A stretch of 64,000 bases of DNA from an uncultured delta proteobacterium (GTDB taxonomy: Bacteria; Myxococcota_A; Polyangia; Fen-1088): NCBI GenBank assembly GCA_963767925.1, contig CAVYGB010000008.1, positions 2,432,001 to 2,496,000 on the forward strand, in the 5' to 3' direction. The translations under genes and the position numbers were made by a program. The number at the start of each line of letters is the position of its first letter. The stretch's first letter is position 1. Below, piece by piece: positions 10,101 through 20,052 of the stretch. The notes beneath the pieces are model-generated. The model was given only the letters and a program-made list of their open reading frames with translations, searched no databases and had not been told where the DNA came from.

Positions 10101-13100
10101 GTGGGTCGCGCGCCCGTAGACCTCGGCGGCCGCCGCCGGGTCGCGGACCTCGTCGCGCAGCACCTCGCCGGCCTCGCACAGCCAGGCGGCGCAGAGACCA
10201 GCGTCGTCCGAGCGCCGCTTCTCCGAGACCAGCGCCGACAGCGCGCCGGCGTAGCGCTCCGAAGCGCCCACCTCACGCGCCAGGCGGCGCGCGGCCTGCC
10301 GGATCGCCGGGCTGGCCGGTGACTGGCCGAGCGCCGCCAGCGCCGTGTCGAGGGCCCGCCCCGCCTGCCCCTGCCCGGCGGCGATCTCGGCCTGCTCGAT
10401 GAGGATGCCGGCCTGCTCGTCGGGATCGGAGGTCGCCGCCAGCCGCTTCTCGAGGACCACGGCGTAGAGGTCGAGCGAGCCCTGCTCGCGCAGGATCTTG
10501 CCCAGGCGGCGGGCGGCCTCGGAGCTGCCGCTGGCCTCGGCGATGGCCGAGTCGAGCAGGTCCTGGGCCTTGTCGCTCTGGCCCCGGGCGAGGGCGATCT
10601 GGCGCAACCGCAGCAGCGCCTCGGTGGCCGAGAGGGTGGCCCCCTTGCCGCCCCGGCGGATCAGGAGCATCAGCGCCCGGAAGGCGCGCTCGGCCCGGTC
10701 GTATTCTCCGACCTCCTCGGCGACCGCCGCCAGGATCTCCAGGGTGGCGGCGTTGTCCATGTCCATCTCGGCGGCCTGCTCGAGGTGCTCGAGCGCCTCG
10801 GCCGGCCGGCTCTCGGCGCGCGCCACCCGGGCGACCCGCTGGTGCAGGAGGGCCCGCTCGCGCGAGCGGCGCCGCCCGCTCTCGTGGATGAGGCTCTCGA
10901 GGATGACCCGGGCCTGGGCGAGCTCGCCGGCCGCGAACAGCGCCTCGGCGTATTGCGAGCGGAGGCCGGCGTCCCCGGGAGCCAGCCCCACCGCCTTCTC
11001 CAGCGCGGCCAGGGCGGCGTGGGGCGCGGCCAGGCGACCGCTGGCGATCTCGGCCGCCTCACGGGCATAGCTCAGGGTGGTCTCGGCGTCGGAGGACTGG
11101 ACCGCCCCTTCGCCCAGCACGCGCACCAGGGGCTCCCAGGCCTCGCCGGCCCGGTGAAGCTCGATCAGCCGCTGCCGCACCTCGGTGGCCGCGGGGTCGT
11201 CGGCCAGGGCCCGCTCGAGGCAAGCCACCGCCCGCTGGCGCTTGTCGCCGCGCAGGTAGGCGCCGGCCAGCTCGATCCCGGCCTGGGTGCGGGCAGCGCC
11301 CTCGGCGGCGGCCTGCCAGCGCTCCAGCCAGGCGGCGGCCCGCAGCGGCTCGCCCTTGTCCAGCCAGAGCCGACCGAGAGACTCGAAGGTGGCGGGTCGG
11401 GGATCCAGCTCCGCCACCCGTTCGTAGGCCCGGATGGCCCGGTCCCGCTCGGACAGAGGCTGGACCAGCAGGCGCGCAATCCAGTCCCATAGCCGGCCGG
11501 CGGCGGGGCGGTCGCCCCGCTCCTCGACCCGGGTGGCCTGATCGGTGAGCAGGTCGACCAGCTCGCTGTGCCGGTGGCGCGACTCCAGCAGGCGGGCCAG
11601 CGTCTCGATGGTGGGCCAGTGGCCCGGCTGCTCCTCGAGGTTGGCCCGCAACACGTCGAGGCGGCCGCTGCGCTCCTCGAGCGCCGCCGCGATCTTGTCG
11701 AGATCGAGCCGCAGGGCCAGGCGGCGGTCGACCTCGAGGGTGCGGCCGAGCTCCTCCTGGCGGAGCGCGAGCAACTCGGGCAGGCGGCGCTCTTCTTCGT
11801 AGAGCGACCCCAGCCGGCCCAGGGCCTCGGCGTCCTGGACGTCGTCGTCGGCCATCTGCCGCAGCACCTGCATGGCCAGCCGCCGATCGCGAAGCTTGTC
11901 GAGGGCCAGCGCCGCCACCCGCGCGCGCAGGGTGCGGATGGCCGGCCGGGGCAAGGGCAAGCGGGCGGCGTCGAGCAGCAGCTCGACCGCGCGGGCCCAG
12001 GCGCTGCGGTCGGGGCGCCCGAGCTCGATGCGGGCCAGCTCCTCGGCGGCCCAGGCCGCGGCCTTGGCCGCGCCCAGCGCCCCCGAGGCGGCCTGGTCGG
12101 TCCGCAGCAGGCGGGTGGCCTGATCGAGCAGCCGCCCGAGGATCGTCCCGGCCAGCGGCTCGGCGGCCAGCGGCCCCAGGGCCAGGGTGGCCGCCTCCTC
12201 GAGCGGGTCGAGGTCGTTGGGGCTCAGGTCGGCCAGCGCCAGCAGCGTGTCGCAAAGGGCCCGGCTAGGCCTGGTCCGCTGGGCGGCGGCCAGCCGGCGG
12301 AGGATCGCCAGCTCGGAGGCGGCCAGCCCTTCGCCGGGGGCGCCCGCTTCCCGGGCCTCGCGCACCCGCCGGGCGTAGATCGCCGCCCGGGCCAGCGCGG
12401 CCTCGGCCCGCTGGGCGCCGGCTTCACCGCCCGCCGCCTCGCACTGGCGCGCCACCCAGGCCTCCAGATCGCGGGCCAGCGCCGGGTCGCCGCCCCGCTC
12501 ACTGCTGTGCAGGACGGTGGCCGCCGCCTCGGCGAGCCGGGCGTGGCCGCTGCTCTCGGCGGCCAGCCCCTCGAGCAGGGGGAGCAACGATCGCTCGAGC
12601 GGCTCGCGCGCCAGGTCGGCGGCCAGGGCGGTCTGGGTCGCCATCTCCCAGTCGCCGGCCCGCGCCGAGGACCGGACCAGCGCCTCGCGCAGCTCCAGCC
12701 GCGAAGCATCGCGCACGAAGGCGGCCCGGTAGGCCTCCTGAGCCTGGGCCGCCTCTCCCCGCGCCTCGAAGAGCTGCCCTTCCTGGTAGCGCAGGCGGCT
12801 GGCCCGGGCCGGATCGGTGGTGGCCTGGGCCGCCGCCCGGAAGGCCTCCACCACCAGCGACGACTCCCGCGTCCAGCTCGCCAGGCGGATGATCTCCCGC
12901 TCGATCGACCCGTCCTCGGGGGCGAGGGGCAGCGCCCGGGCGAAGAGGGCCAGCGCGGTCGCCGGATCCTCGCCCTTGCGCTCGGAGAGGTTGGCCGCCT
13001 CGCACAGCAGGCGCACCCGGGTCGCGTCGTCGGCCGCGCCCAGCACCCGCACCTCGCACAGGGCGACCAGGTCGCGCCAGTGGTTCCCGACCTGGTAGGC

Positions 13101-15059
13101 CCGGGCCAGCGCCTCGGCGGCGGACGAGCGGCTGCTCTCGAGCTCGAGCAAGGCCCGGGCCCCGCTGGCGGCGCCGGCGTGCGCCGGGTTCACCTCGAGG
13201 GCCCGGGCGTAGTAGCCCGCCGCCTTCGAGGGATCGGCCAGCTTCTCCCGGCAGACGTCGCCCAGGCGGCAATACAGGCCCGCCAGGCGGCCGCTGTCGG
13301 TCTCCCCCGCCCGGGTGAGCAGCCCGGCCAGCTCACCCCAGCGCCCGGCCAGGGCGTAGAGCTCGCCGAGCGCGCTCACCGTCTCCGGATCTTCGCCGAA
13401 GGTCTTTTGCAGCTCGGTCCAGGTGTCGATGGCGGCCGGGAGCTGGCCGAGCTCGGCCGCCTGGACGCGCGCCATGCGCATGAGGTCGGCGCGGATGCCC
13501 TCGGGCGAGGGCGACACCGCGATCCGGCGCCGGAGCGCCGCCACCAGGGCCTCCCACTCGCGGGCCCGCTCGAACAGCCCGACGAGCCCGTCGATGGCAC
13601 CCCGGTCGGCGCCGTCGAGCTCGACCAGCTTGACCCAGGCCGACGCCGCCCGCGGCACCTCGCGGCCCTCCTCGGCCAGGCGGGCTACCTCGACGAGGAC
13701 GGCCTTGCGCTCGGGGCTGCGCGGGGCGGTGCCGCCGAGGGTCTCCGAGAGGCTCTCGAGCACGGCGAGCCGCTCGCCGGGCGGCTCTTCGGCCTCGGGG
13801 AGAGCCTGCAAGAGCTCGGCGAGCTTGCGGGAGGCGATGAGGCGGGTGGCCCCCTCGGCCGCGACCTCGGCGTGGGCCCGCCGGTAGTAGGCCAGGGCGC
13901 CCCGGCGATCGTTGAGCGCCTCCTCGTGGATGCGCGCCGCCTCCAGCCAGAGCTCGATCCGGCGGGTGACGTTTTCGGTGGCGGCGGCCGCGGCGTCCAG
14001 ACCACGCACGTAGGGCCGCGGATCGCCTTCCAGCTCGGCCAGGTGGCGCAGCCGCTCGGCCACGCCGTCGTCGGCGGGCTCGAGACCCGACAGCAGGATG
14101 AGCTGCTCCATGGCGCCGGCCCGATCGCCAGCCGCGGCCAGCCGCTCGGCGATCTCCCGGTGCAGGGCCGCGCGCTCGGGGGGCGGCACGAACTCGAGCG
14201 CCACCAGCAGCGCGGGGATCACCTTGAGGCCCCGCCCGCTCGCCTCGTAGCGGGCCTTCAACAAGTAGAGCGCGCGGCCGCGCACGGCGACCGGCGCCTC
14301 CCCCAGCCGCAAGATCCGCTCGACCAGATCGCAGGCCGCCTCGTCGTCGTCGCCGGCGGCCAGGACCGGCTCCAGCTCGGCCAGGGCAGCGGCCGGATCG
14401 CCCAGCCGCTCGAGGGCCACGGTAGCAGCCCGGACGTGCAGCGCGCGCGCCTCGCCGGGCGCCAGCGCCGACATGCGCCCGGCCCACAGCCCCCCGAGCT
14501 CGCGGAAGCGGCCCTGGCGCTCGAGCAGACGCTCGAGCTGGGTGGCGAGGTGGGTGTCGCCGGGAGACAGGCGGTGCCGCTCCAGGAGGTAACCGATGGC
14601 CCGGTCGGTGTCGCCGGCGAAGTCCCTGGCGACGTGGGCCGCCTCCTCGAGCACCTCGCGCCGGTGGCCGACGTCCTCGATGGCGGCCAGCGCGCGATCG
14701 TACATCGCGAGCAGGTCGGCCCAGCGCTCCTTGACGGTGTAGAGCACCGAGAGGCGGCGCAGGGCCCAGCCCGTGCCGGGATCGATCTCCAGGATGCGGG
14801 TGAGGATGTCGGCCAGCTCGTCGGCCTGGGCGCCGAACCACTCCTCGTGGAACCGGACCGCCCGCTGCCCGAGCAGGGTGGCCAGCTCGGGGCCGCCGTC
14901 GCGCAGGACCGCGCGGTAGAGCGCGGCCACCTCGTCGGGCCGCTGCGCCGATGCTGCCAGCTCCTCGATCCTGATCCAGAGCCCTTCTCGTTCCGGGTTG
15001 GCCTGGGCCTGCTTGAGGGCCTCGGCGAGCTCCGCCCTGTTCTCTTTCTTCGCGCTCAT
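7194..15059 (-). CDS. Giant TPR-repeat protein (~2,620 aa), similar in style to myxobacterial AgmK-like proteins
   Basis: Uninterrupted ORF of helical repeats (e.g. AAGYYARALEVNPAHAGA, AIRAYERVAELDP). Likely start MSAKKENR at 15059. Confidence 0.8.
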   Translation of the reverse strand: MSAKKENRAELAEALKQAQANPEREGLWIRIEELAASAQRPDEVAALYRAVLRDGGPELATLLGQRAVRFHEEWFGAQADELADILTRILEIDPGTGWALRRLSVLYTVKERWADLLAMYDRALAAIEDVGHRREVLEEAAHVARDFAGDTDRAIGYLLERHRLSPGDTHLATQLERLLERQGRFRELGGLWAGRMSALAPGEARALHVRAATVALERLGDPAAALAELEPVLAAGDDDEAACDLVERILRLGEAPVAVRGRALYLLKARYEASGRGLKVIPALLVALEFVPPPERAALHREIAERLAAAGDRAGAMEQLILLSGLEPADDGVAERLRHLAELEGDPRPYVRGLDAAAAATENVTRRIELWLEAARIHEEALNDRRGALAYYRRAHAEVAAEGATRLIASRKLAELLQALPEAEEPPGERLAVLESLSETLGGTAPRSPERKAVLVEVARLAEEGREVPRAASAWVKLVELDGADRGAIDGLVGLFERAREWEALVAALRRRIAVSPSPEGIRADLMRMARVQAAELGQLPAAIDTWTELQKTFGEDPETVSALGELYALAGRWGELAGLLTRAGETDSGRLAGLYCRLGDVCREKLADPSKAAGYYARALEVNPAHAGAASGARALLELESSRSSAAEALARAYQVGNHWRDLVALCEVRVLGAADDATRVRLLCEAANLSERKGEDPATALALFARALPLAPEDGSIEREIIRLASWTRESSLVVEAFRAAAQATTDPARASRLRYQEGQLFEARGEAAQAQEAYRAAFVRDASRLELREALVRSSARAGDWEMATQTALAADLAREPLERSLLPLLEGLAAESSGHARLAEAAATVLHSSERGGDPALARDLEAWVARQCEAAGGEAGAQRAEAALARAAIYARRVREAREAGAPGEGLAASELAILRRLAAAQRTRPSRALCDTLLALADLSPNDLDPLEEAATLALGPLAAEPLAGTILGRLLDQATRLLRTDQAASGALGAAKAAAWAAEELARIELGRPDRSAWARAVELLLDAARLPLPRPAIRTLRARVAALALDKLRDRRLAMQVLRQMADDDVQDAEALGRLGSLYEEERRLPELLALRQEELGRTLEVDRRLALRLDLDKIAAALEERSGRLDVLRANLEEQPGHWPTIETLARLLESRHRHSELVDLLTDQATRVEERGDRPAAGRLWDWIARLLVQPLSERDRAIRAYERVAELDPRPATFESLGRLWLDKGEPLRAAAWLERWQAAAEGAARTQAGIELAGAYLRGDKRQRAVACLERALADDPAATEVRQRLIELHRAGEAWEPLVRVLGEGAVQSSDAETTLSYAREAAEIASGRLAAPHAALAALEKAVGLAPGDAGLRSQYAEALFAAGELAQARVILESLIHESGRRRSRERALLHQRVARVARAESRPAEALEHLEQAAEMDMDNAATLEILAAVAEEVGEYDRAERAFRALMLLIRRGGKGATLSATEALLRLRQIALARGQSDKAQDLLDSAIAEASGSSEAARRLGKILREQGSLDLYAVVLEKRLAATSDPDEQAGILIEQAEIAAGQGQAGRALDTALAALGQSPASPAIRQAARRLAREVGASERYAGALSALVSEKRRSDDAGLCAAWLCEAGEVLRDEVRDPAAAAEVYGRATHLGIDGGVATVHAAHALVGLSEARRDRDERAKAIKLLARLGKPGAPAEMRVEALFRLAQVQLGGNENLEQGLAALSSALELSGDIERAFAIVREAKVADADLARVLPLYEHVARTSKDDGMLLDFFERRAALPTATLEQVKEGIEFASAREQTGRAQVMLERAVDLARGTGQRDGLQWAMLELSEARRVSGDIAGAVSCLEEARELADPVRTLRIYQDIARQPLEGRVEPAVAARVYERLWEREPTDRRSWEPLLRVYIGLQDVAGTERVARATIERLFDPAERNAVRMVRARFLASRDRKDPALVETLRDVLLDEPTREEAIELLADVYQASGNEAGLTELLASEIEAARGRRDVGAVVALSLRLGDRHLAAGARGEARDVYRKALLLAPDDVKVLRALASLLAPQEDARERAVVLERLLGNESGPEAGRIAIELGLLWEAMGDDERLQRALETGVARAGGSPEVFDKLCEFYRARHAWDRLASALVEESDRRGGPSERAGLLRQAAEICRANLGRSRDAAELLRRARRFTPEDAALLADLVQSLDAVGEGGLAAEELSQAIAELPENDPQRAVLLQTRADLYEKEGQFEKAVQDREAAIGAGGEVLRPALRAAMERWRANTAQRGDVAAERRAMRHLADFLIRGGEEADARAVLADWCYRHPEDSESLRALVARDLAGGRWDAVVESTFRLIEAEKGEGQISAAELLLEASERMGQPAPAIAGLESALRQQPGSTWLFEKLLGLYEKVEDRRKQASLLMWAAERNADPEVQYRSLRQAGEIFLRERDLDRAAAALQQAVALRPTDRELSWLLADVCMAGGRLAEAEEILQTHMKKAARDLSSTELASLQHRMAQLAQARGDQASRFEWLRRAFETNRKDGAVAAELADLAEETNDIDLAVKALRAVTLAPAANARLTPAMAYLRQARIAQRTGDRPKAVIFAKRALQEDPRLSDAADFLREMGERRV

Positions 15060-15260
15060 GGTCGGTGTTCCTTGTCCGAGACCAGGTCCGGGACGGTACC
15101 CATGGGCCTGACGGCAGCCGCGCACGTCAGGGCTCGTTCGATCATACGCCGGCTGGCCTCACGCGCGGCTATGTTTCGGCCAGTCCGGCAAGCCTACATC
15201 TGAGCCAACATGAGTGAGCGAGACGGGTGAGCTTCGGGCACCGGCGCGCCGAGCGCGCGT

Positions 15261-16214
15261 TCAAAAGCGGCCCACGACGGCGAGCTGGACGATCGCCGTG
15301 CCCGAGGGGTCGGCGGTCACCACGGGCAGGGCGCGGAGGTCGGGGCCCAGGTGCCGGCGGCGTGGCTGACCGTCGCCGTCGAAGTGGGCGGCGTAGGTCA
15401 GATGTGCGACCAGGGTGCCCACCAGCGCGCCCAGCAACACGTCCGAGGGCCAGTGCTGCTGGTCGACGACGCGCGACAGGCCGACCAGCGCCGGGACGCC
15501 GTACCCGACGAGGTGGGGGAGCACCGAACCGACCAGCAGGCGCGGGTTCGGCGCCCACCCGGCGAGCGGACCGCGGCGCAGGTAGCGGGTCACGTCTTCG
15601 GTCACGAAGGCCCCCACCGCGAACACGCTGGAGGCGTGCCCCGAAAAGAAGGAAAGGTTGTCCTCGCCCGGGCGCTTGCGCAGCTCGGGGTGGTCGTTGG
15701 CCCCCTCGGTGTACGGGCGCGGCCGCCCCACCGCGTATTTCACGGCGCCGGTGAGCAGGTAGGTCCACCCGATCGCCTCGACGTAGGCCGCCAGGCGATG
15801 GTTGGCGTGCCCGCCGGCCGCGAACCAGGGCTCACCGCCGCCCAGCGCGAGCAGCGGCAACCCGTAGGCCAGCACGGGCAGCACCGGGAGGACGTATCCG
15901 CCCAGCAGGTCGGGCGCTCCCGCGAGGAACCGTCCCTTGCCCGGGCGGTAGGACCAGCGCGAGATGCGCGCGTCCAGGCTGCCGGGCGCCGGGGGCCCCA
16001 TGCCCGGGACGGGCGCGGGCAACACCTCCGGTCCGGCGAGCAGGAGGAAGACCCCGCCGCCGGCCGCGGCGAAGGCGATCCCCAGCTCCAGCACGGAGAA
16101 GTTCTGGCGCAGGGGAACCGGGGAGGTGGGCTCCGCCGCGCGCGCCGGCGCGCCCGCTCCGGTCGAGAGCGCGCCTGCCAGGAGGAGCGGGATCCAGCGT
16201 CCGGACCGGATCAT
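15261..16214 (-). CDS. PAP2-family phosphatase with signal peptide
   Basis: KYAVGRPRP, SFFSGHAS and SRVVDQQHWPSDV motifs. ATG overlaps the upstream kinase stop codon (ATGA). Confidence 0.85.
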   Translation of the reverse strand: MIRSGRWIPLLLAGALSTGAGAPARAAEPTSPVPLRQNFSVLELGIAFAAAGGGVFLLLAGPEVLPAPVPGMGPPAPGSLDARISRWSYRPGKGRFLAGAPDLLGGYVLPVLPVLAYGLPLLALGGGEPWFAAGGHANHRLAAYVEAIGWTYLLTGAVKYAVGRPRPYTEGANDHPELRKRPGEDNLSFFSGHASSVFAVGAFVTEDVTRYLRRGPLAGWAPNPRLLVGSVLPHLVGYGVPALVGLSRVVDQQHWPSDVLLGALVGTLVAHLTYAAHFDGDGQPRRRHLGPDLRALPVVTADPSGTAIVQLAVVGRF

Positions 16215-17905
16215 CGGGGTGGGGCGGTCGGGGTGACTCGTTGCTGGGCCTGGGCCCTGCCCTCCCGGGCCGCCCGGCTCCCGGGGGCCATCCGCAGCAC
16301 GTAGTCGAACTCGACCCGGGCCTCGGCGGGACGGCCGGAGGCCAGGTAGATCTTGCCGAGCAGCAGCCGGGACCGCACCGCCAGGCCGGCCGCCCGGGCC
16401 GCCACGGCGTAGCTGGTCGCCTGCTGCAGGTTGCCCTGCCGGAGCATGTCCTCCCCGCGCTCGAGGAAGATCGCGCCCAGCCGCTTCGTCTCGGGCGTCT
16501 CGCCGGCGCGCCGGCGGGCAGCGGTGGCCGCTCGGCGCGCCGGCGCGCTGCCGGCGGCGACCCGGGCGGGCGCTGGCCTGGCGGGGGGGACGGGCGCCGC
16601 GGGGGCCGGCGCCGGAGGAGGCGCAGGCGCCGGGACCGCGGGGGCCGGGGGCGCTTCGCGCTGCGCGACCGGAGCGGGCCCCTCGTCTCGCTTCCACGAG
16701 CGCAGGTTGCGCGGGCCGTAAGCGGCGGCGGCGACGGCGGCGCCGGCGGCCAGCCCCAGGATCCAGCCGCCGATCCGGCGCTTGCGCGACAGCGGGAGGG
16801 CCACCTCCGGCAGCGGGGAGATCTCCCGCGCCAGGGCGCCCTCCACCAGCGAGACACCGCTGGCCGGCGTGGGACTCCGGGCGGACGCCGCGGGGGCCCC
16901 CGCCTCCACGACCTCGAGCGGGACCCGGGGAGCCGGCGGAGGCTCCTCGGCCGCCAGCCGCTCGGCGGCGGCGAACATGGCCTGCTCCTCGTCGGCCTCG
17001 CGCTCGCGCTCGACCTCGAACAGCTCCTCGAGAAACGTCTTCAGGCGGGTGGCGTCCTGGCTGGCCGTGAGCAGCGCGGTCACCCGGGCGGCGAAGGCGC
17101 CTGCGCTGGGATAACGATCGTTGGGGTCGTCAGCCAGCGCCGTCATCACGAGGTCGTCGATGTCTTGGGGCAGCTGCGACACCACGCGCGAGGGGGGCAC
17201 CACCGAGAAGCCGACCCCGGTGGCCCCCGGCTCCACCGCCCGCCGGCCGGTGACCAGCTCCCACAGGATCAGCCCGACCGCGAACAGATCGCTGCGCGCG
17301 TCGAGGGGGCGGCCGCGCCGCTGCTCGGGTGACTGGTAGGGGCCCGGGATCCAGCGCTCCCCGACCAGGGTCTCGGCCAGGCGGTCCCGCCAGCGGGCCA
17401 GGCCGAAGTCGGCCAGCTTCACCTGCCCCTCGTAGGACAGCAGGATGCTCGAGGGGGTCACGTCGCGGTGAACCAGATCCTGATCTTCCAGGGCGTGCAG
17501 GTAGCTCAGCCCGCGCAGCACCTCGCGGGCGACATAGAGGGCGACGCCGAGGGGGAAGGGCAAGCTCCACTCGAAGCAGCGCTGCAGGACGTGGCGCAGC
17601 GACTTGCCCCGCACGTACTCCGCGACGAGGAAAGGGGGGTGGCCGGTGGGGTGGGCCTCGGCGACGTAGAGGAGGTTCGGATGGTCGAGCCGGGTGGCCA
17701 GGCGGGCCTCGTCGACGAACCGGCGCAGATCGTTCTCGTCGGACGCTGGCAGGGCCCCGGGGGTGCCGTCGTCGGAGGAGAGCATCTTGATCGCGCACAG
17801 GCGCCCCCCGGCGTGGGCCAGAAAAACCCGCCCCAGGCGCCCCTCCCCCAGCTCCTTGAGGAGCTGGTGTCGGCCGAAGCGTCGAGGGAACCCTGGGCGC
17901 CACAT
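16211..17905 (-). CDS. Ser/Thr protein kinase-fold membrane protein with C-terminal TPR; atypical catalytic loop
   Basis: GEGRLGRV, AIK, HRDVTPSS, DFG, SPEQ, SDLFAVG; TM segment WILGLAAGAAVAAAAY. Confidence 0.85.
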   Translation of the reverse strand: MWRPGFPRRFGRHQLLKELGEGRLGRVFLAHAGGRLCAIKMLSSDDGTPGALPASDENDLRRFVDEARLATRLDHPNLLYVAEAHPTGHPPFLVAEYVRGKSLRHVLQRCFEWSLPFPLGVALYVAREVLRGLSYLHALEDQDLVHRDVTPSSILLSYEGQVKLADFGLARWRDRLAETLVGERWIPGPYQSPEQRRGRPLDARSDLFAVGLILWELVTGRRAVEPGATGVGFSVVPPSRVVSQLPQDIDDLVMTALADDPNDRYPSAGAFAARVTALLTASQDATRLKTFLEELFEVEREREADEEQAMFAAAERLAAEEPPPAPRVPLEVVEAGAPAASARSPTPASGVSLVEGALAREISPLPEVALPLSRKRRIGGWILGLAAGAAVAAAAYGPRNLRSWKRDEGPAPVAQREAPPAPAVPAPAPPPAPAPAAPVPPARPAPARVAAGSAPARRAATAARRRAGETPETKRLGAIFLERGEDMLRQGNLQQATSYAVAARAAGLAVRSRLLLGKIYLASGRPAEARVEFDYVLRMAPGSRAAREGRAQAQQRVTPTAPPR

Positions 17906-17970
17906 GTCAGATCAGCTCGAGCGAGAGCAGCGCGCGTGGTCCACCTGGCCCATCGACGCCGAGCGCGCGC

Positions 17971-19937
17971 TCACTCCAGGATCGGCGCCCCGGCCGGGTT
18001 GACGACCTTCGCCCGCGGCGGCGCGGGCGGTGTCTCCAGGCGAGGACGCGGCTCCGACTCCGGTGTCCACCCGGATTCCCGGCGCTTCTTCTGCTGGTTG
18101 AGCAGGCGCAAGGCCCGCATGGTGGCGTCCCCCTGCGGATAGGGCGCGACAACCCCGGCGCGCACGTCGGGACCACTGCCCCGCCCGGAGGGGAACTTGC
18201 GGCCCACCCCGCTGTTGCCCCGCAACCCGCCAGGGGCCATGGTCGGCACGGGCGATCCGGCCGCCGCCAGCTCCGCGGGGCTCTTGCCCGAAGGGCCGAT
18301 CGGCTCGCCGGTGAGGCCGGCGTCGGGCGGGTTCGCCGCCTCGGCGTGTTTCCGCTGGGCCTCGACCTCCTCCTCCGAGGGTGGCATCAGGCCACCGACC
18401 ATGGGGATCGGCGTCTCCGGGAGCAACACCGGGGTCTCACTGGGCAGCACGACGGGCGTCTCTTTCGGGAGCACCACCCGGGTCTCTGCGGGATACGAGG
18501 GTGTGCTGCCGGATGCGGCCGGCTCGGCCTTCTGGGCAGGCGTCTGCGCCGGCGGCTGGTCGGACGGGAGGCGCCGCTTGATGCTGGCCTTGACGTCCTG
18601 GGGGATCCGGTCGGCCAGGTTGGGATCGACCCAGGCGGCGTATCCGCCCGCGCCGAGCGCGATCAGCCCGGCGATCATCACCGCGTTGCGCACGCCCCCG
18701 CCCCGGGCGGGCGCGGGGCGCTTGGCGGAAGCGGCGACGGGGGGGCGGCCGCCTCGGGCGCGGTGCCTTTGCGGAACTGGGTGGCCGGGGGCGCCTGCGC
18801 GGGCAGCGCCATCCGGGTGGGCGCCGGTGGACGCACAACGGGGGCCGATCGGGTCGCCGACGACTCGGACCGGCTGCCCCGGAAGGCGTCGATGGCCATC
18901 GTTCCCTTGTCGTTCGAGACCGGTGGACGCGGCGGATCGAGGTAGCTCGGCGGACTGGAGGGGCTGACTGGCGGGCGATCCCGCTCGTAGTAGTCCGACC
19001 AGATGACCCGCCGCTTGGACGAGGCCAGCGGCAAGAGCGCCCGGCCCATCTCGTGCACCGATTCGAACCGGTCCTGCGCCCGGATGCTCATCGCCCGGAC
19101 CAGCAGGGACTCGAGCGCGGGCGAGATGTCGGGGCGCACCTTGCGGGGCGGGACGAAGTTCCCCTCGCCGATGCTGTGCATGACGGCGTAGGCGGTGTTG
19201 CCCTCGTGGGGACGCCGGCCGGTCAGCGCCTCGTACAGGATGACCCCCAGGGCGTACTGGTCGCAGCGCACGTCGAGCTGCTTGCCGGCGATCTGCTCGG
19301 GCGACAGGTAGTGGGTCGTCCCCAGCACGGCGCCCGACCCGGTCAGTCCGGAGCCGACCTCCTCGTCGAGCCGCTTGGAGATGCCGAAGTCGAGCACCTT
19401 GGGGACGAGCTCTCCCAGCGGGGTGCGGGCCAGGAAGATGTTCGCCGGCTTGAGATCCCGGTGGATCACGCCCGACTCGTGGGCGGCGAAGACGCCCGCA
19501 CACACCGCGAGCATCACGTCGACGACGAAGGTCGGGTCGAGCGTGCCCGGATCCCGCTCGACAAGCGCTCCCATGTCCTCGCCCCGCAGGAGCTCCATGA
19601 CCAGGAACGACAGACCGTTTTCCGTGCCGAAGTCGGTGACGTCGACGACGTGAGGGTGATCGAGGCGGGAGGCGGCGGCGGCCTCGCGCAAGAAGCGCGC
19701 CTCCGCCCGGGCGTCGGTGGCGACCGCCCGCAAGGTCTTGATGGCAACCGGCTTGCCGATCCCGGTGTGCAGGGCCTCGTAGACGGCGGCCATGCCGCCT
19801 GCGCCGAGCGGGCGGACGATCCGGTATTTGCCGAGCATCGTCCCGGGGGCCAGGATGGAGCCGCGCGTCGGAGGTGGCATCGCGGCGGCATCCCCCCCGG
19901 GAGCACTCTGCGCCGACTCGCCTTTGGCCCGACTCAT
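17971..19937 (-). CDS. Ser/Thr protein kinase with TM segment and Pro-rich tail; one frameshift near 18700-18745
   Basis: LGAGGMAAVY, VAIK, HRDLKPAN, DFGIS and GTTHYLSPEQ in ORF 18678-19937. The TM segment (VMIAGLIALGAGGYAAW) and terminal GAPILE are in ORF 17971-19503. Confidence 0.85.
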
Positions 19938-20052
19938 GACTTACGCCCGCACTCTAACGTACGACTGCGACACCCGGTAGCCCGACCCACACCGGGCACC
20001 GGGTGGCGGCTGTGCGCCTGCGCATTGGCCCCGGCCCCGCCCGCCCGTCGCG

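Noticed and set aside
7101..15203. Very long plus-strand ORFs (1073 aa, 1211 aa) opposite the TPR gene
   Set aside because: Antisense shadows expected from high-GC codon bias; no motifs.
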